NCBI GenBank assembly: GCA_965248755.1
Contig: OZ252149.1
Location: forward strand, 2,112,001-2,176,000
Direction of reading: 5' to 3'
Origin: Candidatus Latescibacterota bacterium
GTDB taxonomy: Bacteria > Latescibacterota > CBDEFO01
Length of the DNA stretch: 64,000 bases
The notes under the pieces were generated by a model. It ran no database searches and was not told where the DNA came from. It worked only from the letters and a program-made list of their open reading frames with translations. A program made the translations under genes and the position numbers. Positions 34,101 through 43,197 of the stretch are shown one piece after another; the stretch's first letter is position 1; every line of letters begins with the position of its first letter.

Positions 34101-36908
34101 ATGTTAAAGAGTCGCACTATATTGCCGAGTGCAATAATTTTTCTCCTTTTGCTTGCCCTCTCCTGGGAGAGCACCCTTGCCCAGCAGGACTACGGAATCC
34201 GCTTGGGACAAAGAGAGGGCGACAAGGTGGCCTTTCGACCTCAAGGGCCGGGGACACTTTTAGGAACTATAGACCCTGTGGTCAAAAAATGGTACCTTCC
34301 GCAGGAGCTATATCAGGAGTATCAGTGGCAGACGTGGGATTACACCAACTACGGCAGGGATCGCTACAAACGTTATAATGATCCTATAAATGAGGGAGAC
34401 TACTTTTACGACCTCTACGGCAATTTTATAACCAGGGGATGGCTGGTCTACAATTGGACGGAGGAGCGCCCCAGGTCATCTGACGGCAGCAGTATCCTCA
34501 AAACGGGACAGTACGGCAGCTTCTTCAGGTCGCTTGTAATAGCCCGAGACCAGAAGGGACAATATTCCTACTCTATCACCGTAGGCGACGAGATACGTAC
34601 GACCCTAACGCCGATGACGTTTAGAAAGTCCACCTTCAACGGCGCTCAGGCCGATTTTATGTCAGATAATTACTCAGCGACTGTCCTGCTGTCCAGAATC
34701 AGCGCTCCGGGCATCCCAATAGCAGGCGCGGTTACCTCCGTCACCAATGACTACACCAATCTGATAGGGGGCAGGGCAAAGGTCAATATCGGGGATTTCG
34801 TGACGGTGGGAGGGACAATCGTTAATGCCCACACCGGCAGAGGCAACCTGGAAAGCTTTACGGGCAATCCGTATAAGGGGGCCCTTACCACAGGCCAGTT
34901 GCAGGACAAGATCAACACCATAACCATCCGGCTGAGCGACGCCTCTCCAGCGGACAACACAGGAGGTGCCGTCCTACTTTCTGACGACGTGGAGATAACG
35001 ACCAAGATCGGAGAGAGGGACACAGTTCTATCTGGAAACGCAGTAGGCTTCAGGCCCAACATGGAAGGCGGCATCCTGAAAGAAGGAGCTATAGTGGCAG
35101 ATGGAACCGAAACGATAACACTAAGGTACGACCTGTCCGATTTGGTGGAAATAGTGGGCGATGTAGACGTCGTAAACAGCATCGAAAAGGTCAGATTCAG
35201 ATTCACTCTGGCAAATGACTACAAAGTGGAGATGACATCTGACCGACAGACAAATAGGGAGGGACAGCCGATCTTCGTTCTGGTGACGCAGGCCAAGGGA
35301 AACGTAAAGGACGCCTCAAACAAGAAGGAGGTCGGCTTCGACTACGGTTTTCCCACAGCCAACCAGGTCTATGGCTTCACCCTGGAAGTAAAGGACCTTA
35401 TGGGATTTAATCTCTACACCGAGTTCGACATAAACCACCGTTTCAGGCAATATCCCAACCTCCGTCTGGAGACGCACGATGCCTCCTCAGGGATCATCGG
35501 CGATGAGGCGTCCGAAGCGTGGATGATGAACCTGTCGAAGATCTCTTATCCGTGGCACTTCTTCGCAGAGGGCTTCTATATGGACGACAACTACAACACG
35601 AGCCCCTTCATTGTGGATCAGTTTGGCAGAATAGACTACGAGGACGAAACCAGGAGCATCTACGACTTTGTGGACGACAACGATGACCAGGACCAGAAGC
35701 CCGACCAAGAAAGAAGGTTCCAGGACTACAGGACCTCGTCTGAAAGAGGGACTGAAGGAAGCACTTTGGATGGGGCTGCTGATGACGCGGTCTTCCCCGG
35801 ATGGGACGAAAACAACGACTTTATATCCGACTTCAATCAAAACAGCACCCCATTCCGGGAAAATACGATTCCCGACTACGATGAGCCGTTCCTGAGATAC
35901 GGTGTAGACCGCCCTGAATTCCTCTTTGGGATGGACCTGAATAATAACGGATGGATAGACAGATTTGAAAACGACAACGAACCCGACTATCCCTACAAAA
36001 AGGATCGAAAGGGATACAACATCTACCTTGGAAGCCACATAACGCCAGAGATGATTCTGACGGTGGGACAGGAGCGCGAATTTCTCATATCTGACGACAG
36101 AAAAAACCTGACCACGTACGCGCTTTTCACATTCGAAAGGGAATACGCAAAGATCGGTAGATTACGGTTTTTCGATATGGTCAAGAAGGTCAAAGACAAC
36201 ATCCAGGACGATCTCTTTCAGTGGATACAGCCCCCTGGATCGGTCGGGGTGAATCAATTCGTACCAGACCCGCTGTCGGCTCAGGATACCTGGATAAATA
36301 CGGCCTGGTTCGGCTTTGACCGTTCGACCGACTGGGGAATAAACCTTGTCAACAAGTTCAAATACGAAATATTGGACCAGCGCCAAGACGAAAGCATCAC
36401 GGGGTTCAAGGAGAACACACGACTTTTGGGCATCGTCAACAAGGTCGATTATATCCAAAAGATCGGTAACATGAAGATCCGTCCGAAGTTCAAAAGCGCA
36501 CTTTTAAAGGATAACACTCCTTACTCCCTCGGTAGGGCAGAGCGAGACGAATGGTCGGGCATATTCTCCCTGGTTTTCGAGTTTCCGGCCTTCAGGAAAA
36601 CTAACATCGAAATAGGACTCGAACAGCTCTTTTCCCAGGATATGCTCCTCGATGAGACGTTAAAAGTCGTGGATGATGCCGGGAATGTTATTAAAGGGAA
36701 TTTCGAGGCGCGTCAGCCCACGGGAGATTTCTTCGGTACTGTGTTGGCGGCGCAGTTGACCAATATCGGGGACTATGTAGGCTACCGGCTGATCACCCAG
36801 CTCGGCATTAGAGTCGACAGAAAATCCCTTGAGAGATTTGAAGAGGACAGAAAATCACAGACCGATAGTTTCGTCTTTGTGACAGTGTACGCTGGTGTTC
36901 AAGAATAG
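34101..36908 (+). CDS. Large secreted protein, putative outer-membrane beta-barrel (paralog 2)
   Basis: GAGGAG RBS then ATG 34101; full-length paralog of 31238 (DPVVKKWY.PQELYQEYQW, GD.IRTTLTP.TF, FDYG.PTANQ.YG); ends FVTVYAGVQE. Confidence 0.6.
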   Translation: MLKSRTILPSAIIFLLLLALSWESTLAQQDYGIRLGQREGDKVAFRPQGPGTLLGTIDPVVKKWYLPQELYQEYQWQTWDYTNYGRDRYKRYNDPINEGDYFYDLYGNFITRGWLVYNWTEERPRSSDGSSILKTGQYGSFFRSLVIARDQKGQYSYSITVGDEIRTTLTPMTFRKSTFNGAQADFMSDNYSATVLLSRISAPGIPIAGAVTSVTNDYTNLIGGRAKVNIGDFVTVGGTIVNAHTGRGNLESFTGNPYKGALTTGQLQDKINTITIRLSDASPADNTGGAVLLSDDVEITTKIGERDTVLSGNAVGFRPNMEGGILKEGAIVADGTETITLRYDLSDLVEIVGDVDVVNSIEKVRFRFTLANDYKVEMTSDRQTNREGQPIFVLVTQAKGNVKDASNKKEVGFDYGFPTANQVYGFTLEVKDLMGFNLYTEFDINHRFRQYPNLRLETHDASSGIIGDEASEAWMMNLSKISYPWHFFAEGFYMDDNYNTSPFIVDQFGRIDYEDETRSIYDFVDDNDDQDQKPDQERRFQDYRTSSERGTEGSTLDGAADDAVFPGWDENNDFISDFNQNSTPFRENTIPDYDEPFLRYGVDRPEFLFGMDLNNNGWIDRFENDNEPDYPYKKDRKGYNIYLGSHITPEMILTVGQEREFLISDDRKNLTTYALFTFEREYAKIGRLRFFDMVKKVKDNIQDDLFQWIQPPGSVGVNQFVPDPLSAQDTWINTAWFGFDRSTDWGINLVNKFKYEILDQRQDESITGFKENTRLLGIVNKVDYIQKIGNMKIRPKFKSALLKDNTPYSLGRAERDEWSGIFSLVFEFPAFRKTNIEIGLEQLFSQDMLLDETLKVVDDAGNVIKGNFEARQPTGDFFGTVLAAQLTNIGDYVGYRLITQLGIRVDRKSLERFEEDRKSQTDSFVFVTVYAGVQE

Positions 36909-37115
36909 GCGAATCCCAAAGTGTGCTTGCCCCAAAGAGTGCTTGCAATGTTATCGTATAAGAGCCATAATACTACGATGTCCGTCTCAAATTAGCGGTT
37001 CTTTATGAGGAGATGGACGTTGTCGCAAACGAGAACGCTGTCAGCAGATGAGTTGTAGGGGCACATGCGTGTGTGCGCTCTCGTAATTTACCGGGGAAAA
37101 GGAGATCTTTAAAAG

Positions 37116-38798
37116 GTGAACAATATCGCTGCTGTTGTAAAAAAAGCTACAAGAATTCGTGTGTTCCCGATCGCCTTTTTGGTTATCTGTATGAGTTGCG
37201 CGAAGCAAAAGGGGGATTTAGTAGTAGCCCAGGTTGGAGATAAGACGATAACTTTAAAGCAGTTTCAGGAATTTTATGATAAACTCCCCGAATATTACCA
37301 TAGCCAAAAAACAGGAATGGAAGGAGAAAGGAATCATCTGCAAACTATGATTGATATGAAGCTCTTGACGATGGAGTCCCCCAAGGTGGGCATCGATAAG
37401 AGCCTCGCCTTTCTAAGGAAGATGAATAAGGCCAAAAAGGAAAAGCTTGTAGGTATCTTTCAACGAAGGGAAATAAAGATAGATGTAAAAGAAGAGGAGA
37501 TACAGGAGTTCTTTGAAAAGCATGGATTCTCCAGGGGGATCAGGTTCAGCGATATTACGGTTGACAGTGAGGACAAAGTAAAGCTCGCTTTTGAGGAGAT
37601 CAAAAAGGGGAAAAGCTTTGAGGATGTTGCCAGGAAGTGGTCTACGAATAAAGAGACTGCTCCAAGAGGGGGCGATACAGAAAGGTACAGTGTCAAAGAA
37701 AGTATAACGCTGATTCAGGACAAGCTATATTCTCTCAAGGTGGGCGAAGTATCAGAGCCCGTAAAGATTGGCAGCGGATATTCGATCTTCAAAGTTGTTG
37801 CTGATACTACAATGGCCCTTGGCCCGGAGCTGAGAGCAAAGATTTCCAAATCACTCTATGTAAAGAAGTTTAGTCTCGAAAGAGCCGCTTTAGTAGACAA
37901 GCTCAAGAATAAATATCACCTCGAACTGGATCAGGGTGGTTTGAACGCCTTTGTTGACAGCTTGCGCAACGGTGCATCTTTTGAAACGGAGGATGAGCGG
38001 AATATCGTCGTTTACAGATACGACAGGGGAAAGATAACAGCAGGAGACTTTATCTACGTGATCAGCGATCTAAAAAGTAAAGGTGGTCCCACTAATTTTA
38101 CAGATAGCCGACAGGCGGTCTCCTTTGCAGAGCGTGCCGTAATTCCCTACATAATGATTATGGAAGCTGCTATTCGCGGTGGAATAGATAAGGAGGAAGA
38201 TATAGCAAAATGGCTTGAGACAAAAAGAAGGAAGTTTTTAATATGGGGACTCAGGAAAAGAGCGCTGGAAGGGAAGGTAAACATAACTGAGGAAGAGATA
38301 CGACGGGAGTACGACAGCAATCCGGATAATTATATGCGCCCTGAGCACATACATATACAGGAGATACTTGTAGAGACAGAGGAAGAGGCGCTGCGCCTTA
38401 AGGAGCAGATCCGAGAGGGCGCCCTATTGGGCCAGCTTGCAGGGATTCATTCTATACGGCCTATAAAAGAACGAGATGAAGAAGGAAGCATGTATTTTCA
38501 TGCCGATCCCATCCACCGCTATAAATACGGCGACTTAGTGGAAGCTGCACAGGAAGCGCAGATAGAGGTGCTCAAAGGTCCTGTTAAGGTAAAGGGTGGC
38601 TATTCTATATTCAAGGTGCTATCCAGAAAGCATGAGAGACGGCCCTTTTCAGATGCCAAGAGGCTTGTTAGAAAGCATATAAAGAAAGTGAGGGAGGCGG
38701 AGATATTTGAGCAGTTTCTGAAAGTACTGCGAAATAAATACGCATCACAGGTGAATATCCTAGAAGATAACCTTAAAGTAGCCTTCAAAACCGAGTAG
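37116..38798 (+). CDS. Parvulin-type peptidyl-prolyl isomerase/chaperone lipoprotein with two rotamase domains (PrsA/SurA-like)
   Basis: Lipobox-like CMSC; VVAQVGDKTIT; GKSFEDVARKWS...RGGD...GEVSEPVK.GSGYSIFKV; second domain HIQEILVETEEEA...GPVKVKGGYSIFKV. Confidence 0.85.
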   Translation: MNNIAAVVKKATRIRVFPIAFLVICMSCAKQKGDLVVAQVGDKTITLKQFQEFYDKLPEYYHSQKTGMEGERNHLQTMIDMKLLTMESPKVGIDKSLAFLRKMNKAKKEKLVGIFQRREIKIDVKEEEIQEFFEKHGFSRGIRFSDITVDSEDKVKLAFEEIKKGKSFEDVARKWSTNKETAPRGGDTERYSVKESITLIQDKLYSLKVGEVSEPVKIGSGYSIFKVVADTTMALGPELRAKISKSLYVKKFSLERAALVDKLKNKYHLELDQGGLNAFVDSLRNGASFETEDERNIVVYRYDRGKITAGDFIYVISDLKSKGGPTNFTDSRQAVSFAERAVIPYIMIMEAAIRGGIDKEEDIAKWLETKRRKFLIWGLRKRALEGKVNITEEEIRREYDSNPDNYMRPEHIHIQEILVETEEEALRLKEQIREGALLGQLAGIHSIRPIKERDEEGSMYFHADPIHRYKYGDLVEAAQEAQIEVLKGPVKVKGGYSIFKVLSRKHERRPFSDAKRLVRKHIKKVREAEIFEQFLKVLRNKYASQVNILEDNLKVAFKTE

Positions 38799-39025
38799 CG
38801 CACACTCGGATAAGTCCACAAGTGATGGTTACCTTTTGCAACATAGTAATTGGTTTTATGCACCGTGCGGGTGAGACCAATATTACTGCTGCCCGTGCCC
38901 AGCCCTGATCAGCTGTAGTCCTCTTTGACATTGAAATGGAAAACTGAATAGCCACTGGATGGATCCTAATCTTGTTTCCCCTTTTACAAGGTGTAAATAT
39001 TTTTTACATTTTGCCAAAAAAAGAC

Positions 39026-39054
39026 TTGACATTTGACAGAACTTTATGTATTAT
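39026..39054 (+). promoter_or_regulatory. Sigma70 promoter
   Basis: TTGACA-17 nt-TATTAT, with an AT-rich tract upstream. Confidence 0.7.
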
Positions 39055-39314
39055 GTAGCGTTATAAGTTAGAAACCTTACGATATAGCACTCTGTCATAT
39101 TAGCTGTACAATTAGCCTAAACTTACATATAGGTGCCTCGTCGGCTTTATGAACATAATTTGGAGGACTACGGTATGCCCCAGAAATGGAAAAGGAGGTG
39201 GGCCTGGGTTAGATAGATGAAGGGAAGGGGTAGAGTTGTGTCATAACTGCATTCTCCCGCTTGTTTGGAGCCGGAGATTTGCTGTAACAATGTAAACATT
39301 AGGAGGTAGCAGTA

Positions 39315-40268
39315 ATGAAGACATTAATCAGAAGTTCCCTGGCGCTCAGCCTGATATTCGCCGTGGCCACACTCGTCTCAGCACATGAGCCGCCGGGAGT
39401 AGAGTTTTTCGCTTATGGATTCCATCTTGACGACGTCCCTGATATAGATGGCAACCGTGCTGACTGGGATGCAATCCCTGATATCGCGGATGTTTCGCTA
39501 AATCAAGTAGAGGGTGAATTCTGGGAGGCCGTAAGGAATCCAGGGTTTGATCTTGCTGATTATAACATCCAGGGCATTATAGGGTGGAACGATGAGCTCA
39601 ACCGCGTCTACATGATGGTGCACACATTTGATGACATTCTATCGTATGGCACCTACCGTGGAGTGTCCTCAGGCTTCAACGGAGACGACGACATTAACTT
39701 CATCCTGGATGCCGACCACAGCGGCGGAAATCTGTTCGACGACGCATGGCTGGCTGAAGGCGTTACCCGAGAAGAACAGGAGCAGTTGTTCTTCACGACC
39801 GGCCAGCTTTACACAATGCTTGTGCCGCCCAGAGACGGCTTTTACAGCTTTATGTACTTCCTGGATAACGGCAAGGCGATCAGTTGGCTGACAGACGGAA
39901 CGCAGGACGTTTCTCCTGACTATCTTGAGACCGGCTGGAGCGTCGAAGGCGACGTGGGAGGACCTGGCGAAACCATTTATGAGTATAAGGTAACTCCTTT
40001 TGAGATCCTGAGCTACTCTGGCGCTGCCGCCAGCACAATTGTAGATCTTGAGCCCGACAAAATCATACACGTCGGGTTCGTCATGAAGGACTACGATGAT
40101 AAGCTCACGGGCTACGAGGGGTCCTATGACTTCCCGGGCCTACACAATACCTGGCGCAACGCCAGTCTCCACGGCGACTTCGTGCTGTTGGCACCCCCTG
40201 CTGGGTCCGTGACAGCGGTCGAGGAAGACACATGGGGCAGGATCAAGGCTTCGTTCCAATTGGAGTAG
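39315..40268 (+). CDS. Secreted CBM9/DOMON-like protein with C-terminal TWGxIK motif
   Basis: AGGAGG RBS; signal peptide; PDIDGNRADW and GWNDELNRVY..V..DD; ends TAVEEDTWGRIKASFQLE. Confidence 0.7.
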   Translation: MKTLIRSSLALSLIFAVATLVSAHEPPGVEFFAYGFHLDDVPDIDGNRADWDAIPDIADVSLNQVEGEFWEAVRNPGFDLADYNIQGIIGWNDELNRVYMMVHTFDDILSYGTYRGVSSGFNGDDDINFILDADHSGGNLFDDAWLAEGVTREEQEQLFFTTGQLYTMLVPPRDGFYSFMYFLDNGKAISWLTDGTQDVSPDYLETGWSVEGDVGGPGETIYEYKVTPFEILSYSGAAASTIVDLEPDKIIHVGFVMKDYDDKLTGYEGSYDFPGLHNTWRNASLHGDFVLLAPPAGSVTAVEEDTWGRIKASFQLE

Positions 40269-40296
40269 TTAGGTATTAAGCTCGACGCGGCACCCT

Positions 40297-40329
40297 GGGG
40301 GGGATAATTCTTATCCCCCCCTACTTTTT
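40297..40329 (+). terminator. Rho-independent terminator
   Basis: GGGGGGGATAA-ttc-TTATCCCCCCC stem followed by TACTTTTT, 28 nt after the stop codon. Confidence 0.8.
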
Positions 40330-40575
40330 CTATGGAGCGACGGGAATTCCGAATTCTGCACATTGACTGGAACGGTATTAGGACTGAAGAGTCTCAGTAG
40401 TTAAGTCGGAGTTCAGCAGCCGAGGGAAGCACACCTAAGCAAGTTTAAAAATATAGGTAAGATTCACTTTTGCCGGTTATATTAAATTTATAAAAAGCTT
40501 GAAAAGCCCGCATACAAAAACTCTGATGGTAGAAAGGAGGCAGGGCGTTTCTTCCGCTGACTATACGAGGCGGTT

Positions 40576-43161
40576 TTGATGCCCGGATTCTTTATGAAAG
40601 GTCTTAGAATCATGAATTGGACTTGGGGGACTTGCGCAGTGGTTCGTGTGGCAGTCTCAGTAATTTTGTTTTTCCCTTTTTATGTCGAGGCTCAAAAAGG
40701 GCATAGAATCATCGAAAACAGGATTCAAATCAACCAGAGATCTCAATGGGAGGTGTGGGATATTGAAGGAGGCAACACAAATATTTCGCAGGATGGCTCG
40801 GTAAGTCCCAGCTTTATACATAAAAACATCAATGCCGCCTTGGATGCAGAGGAGTTCTCCTTAACTGATGAAGGGGGCATAACTGCCGGTTCGAACCAGC
40901 AGGATGCGCGTAATTTGATGGATGGAGATATGAGCACAACCTGGGGTCCCGAGAGGAACAGCCCCTTTGAGGATTGGTGGGTGACTTTGAGTTTAGGACG
41001 GTTAGTTGTCGCTTCAAAGATAGTGTTGCGCTTCGCCGAGGAAGGCGAGGGGGATCCCTTTTTGCAGTTTAAGGTTTTAGTCTGGAGACACCCCCCTGCA
41101 ACGGTCAAAGCTGACGACCACCCGTTTTATCAAAGTTATCTGCTTCCGCTAACCAATACGCCGAGATTCTGGGAGATCGGCAGGAGTATCAAACCCAACA
41201 AGACTCAGAGGGTCTTTGAGTTTGTCCCTCCATCAACGCAATCTACAGATGACGTTTTTACAGGAGATCCTATTGAGTATGTTCAGATAATCGCTACAGA
41301 CAGCGATTTTGACAAGGCACAGGAGGTATCGAAAGAGGATTACGATGTCCTTCCGGACGATAAGAAAGGGGCTGTGGAATACTTTAGAAGGAGCATATCT
41401 GGCAGGGAGACCCTGATCTCGGAAGAAGAATACGAGGCGATCCATCCCAGCCGGCAGGGCCCCATAAGGTACTACAGGAGGGAGATACCCAGATTAGCCG
41501 AAATCGAGGTCTGGACCCCCGGGGATAATATCAACCTCGGCATAACAGAGCGCGGCGGGAAGTTGACTATTGAGATCAAGGGCGGCGTTAGGGATGCCGG
41601 TTCCGTTGTTACAGACGGCGATTATGGAACGTCGCTTAACGGGACGATAAGTTCGTTTTACACCTATACTTTCCTTCAGGATTTGGGGGCGCTCTTTTGG
41701 ATCGAGAAAATGCAGGTTCTAAACGACGGATCATCCAGCATAGCTAAGATCTTTCTGGATATATCTGACGGGACGAGGGCGCCCGACGGCAGCATCAAGT
41801 GGACGAGGGTGGGAAGCAGTACACAGAAATCAGCATACGCCGAGATGAAGTTTGATCCTGCTAAAGTCAGATTTATCAGGGTACCGTACGAGCATGAACA
41901 GCAGGTCGGGGGGCTGGCTTACATATCATGGACAGACGTGATGCTTTACGGTGAAGGATACCTTCCGGAGGTGGTGATGACTTCGGACCTTATAGAGTTG
42001 GGCGGCAGGAAGAATCTCATTTCCATAGAATGGGAGGCGGACACTCCCCCTGGCACAAGCGTCCGGTTGCAGACGAGGACGGGCAACGAATTGGATGAGG
42101 AGAAGATATTTCACGACTCAAAGGGCAAAGTTATTACAGAGAAGAGATACAACAAACTTCCCAAAAGCAGGCGGGGTGAAATAACGAGCATATTTAAGCC
42201 GGGCGGCGATTGGAGCACCTGGAGCGCTCCCTACCGTTTTCAAGGTGAGGACATAAAGTCTCCAAGTCCCAGAGAGTTTATGCTTATAAGGGCAAGGATT
42301 CTGTCGGATAGTCCCGATATTGCCGCATCTTTGCGCTCCATCGAGGTGAATATGTCCGATCCGATCGCGGACAGGATGATCGGAGAGGTGTGGCCCAACA
42401 GGATCGTGACCTTAGGCAGACCTGAGGATTTCTCATTATTCATTCGTCCTTCTTTCAGCACGGCATTACAGAGATTTGATGAGATTATGATAGAAGCCAC
42501 TGCCGGAAGCCAGATGGAACTCCTCCGGGTGCGTACAGGCAGCGATGAGGATTTTCAAAACGGTGAGATTAGAGGTTTTTCACCTTCAGAGTTGACAACG
42601 TTCGAATCACAGCCCGACACACTCTGGTTTCGCCTGCCTGATCCTGTCAGGAGGGGAGTGGACCTTGTTGAGGTTCAGTTCCGTTCGAGGATCTTTTCAA
42701 ACAGCGAATCGTTCAAGGCATCGGGCCAAAGCTCTAACTCCCCCGGTTTTTGGCAGAGGGTAGATGCTGGAGATGCTACGGATTTGGTAAACAGCCAGAG
42801 GACAATTGTCCTTGCTTTGGGGGGAAATGAGATTATACAAGATTTGATTATTGATCCTGAGACGATTACTCCCAACGGAGATGGGGTAAACGATGAGATG
42901 ACGTTTAGCTTCAGCGTTACAGGCGTAATAACAGCTAAGGAAGTGAAAGTTACGATATACGATCTCGGCGGTGTTGTAGTCAAGGTGTTGTCAGAGCACA
43001 GATCTGATCCGAGGGGGGCCTATTCAATTGTCTGGACAGGAGATGACCGATCGGGCAACATAGTTTCTCCCGGGATGTATCTTTCCAGGGTCGAAGTAGA
43101 TGTCGATTCCGGTTCTGCAGAGGATACTTCTGCTGATCGGTTGGTCTCTGTGGCCTATTGA
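40576..43161 (+). CDS. Secreted FlgD-Ig/CHU_C-tailed protein with two discoidin-like domains
   Basis: Signal peptide (start may be 40579 or 40612); LMDGDMSTTW...LSLGRLV and a second VTDGD...DLGALFWI; WSTWSAPY...SPSPR; ITPNGDGVND...VAY tail. Confidence 0.78.
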   Translation: MMPGFFMKGLRIMNWTWGTCAVVRVAVSVILFFPFYVEAQKGHRIIENRIQINQRSQWEVWDIEGGNTNISQDGSVSPSFIHKNINAALDAEEFSLTDEGGITAGSNQQDARNLMDGDMSTTWGPERNSPFEDWWVTLSLGRLVVASKIVLRFAEEGEGDPFLQFKVLVWRHPPATVKADDHPFYQSYLLPLTNTPRFWEIGRSIKPNKTQRVFEFVPPSTQSTDDVFTGDPIEYVQIIATDSDFDKAQEVSKEDYDVLPDDKKGAVEYFRRSISGRETLISEEEYEAIHPSRQGPIRYYRREIPRLAEIEVWTPGDNINLGITERGGKLTIEIKGGVRDAGSVVTDGDYGTSLNGTISSFYTYTFLQDLGALFWIEKMQVLNDGSSSIAKIFLDISDGTRAPDGSIKWTRVGSSTQKSAYAEMKFDPAKVRFIRVPYEHEQQVGGLAYISWTDVMLYGEGYLPEVVMTSDLIELGGRKNLISIEWEADTPPGTSVRLQTRTGNELDEEKIFHDSKGKVITEKRYNKLPKSRRGEITSIFKPGGDWSTWSAPYRFQGEDIKSPSPREFMLIRARILSDSPDIAASLRSIEVNMSDPIADRMIGEVWPNRIVTLGRPEDFSLFIRPSFSTALQRFDEIMIEATAGSQMELLRVRTGSDEDFQNGEIRGFSPSELTTFESQPDTLWFRLPDPVRRGVDLVEVQFRSRIFSNSESFKASGQSSNSPGFWQRVDAGDATDLVNSQRTIVLALGGNEIIQDLIIDPETITPNGDGVNDEMTFSFSVTGVITAKEVKVTIYDLGGVVVKVLSEHRSDPRGAYSIVWTGDDRSGNIVSPGMYLSRVEVDVDSGSAEDTSADRLVSVAY

Positions 43162-43197
43162 TTGTTCTGTCACGCCGTATTAAGGAGGAGGTTGAAA

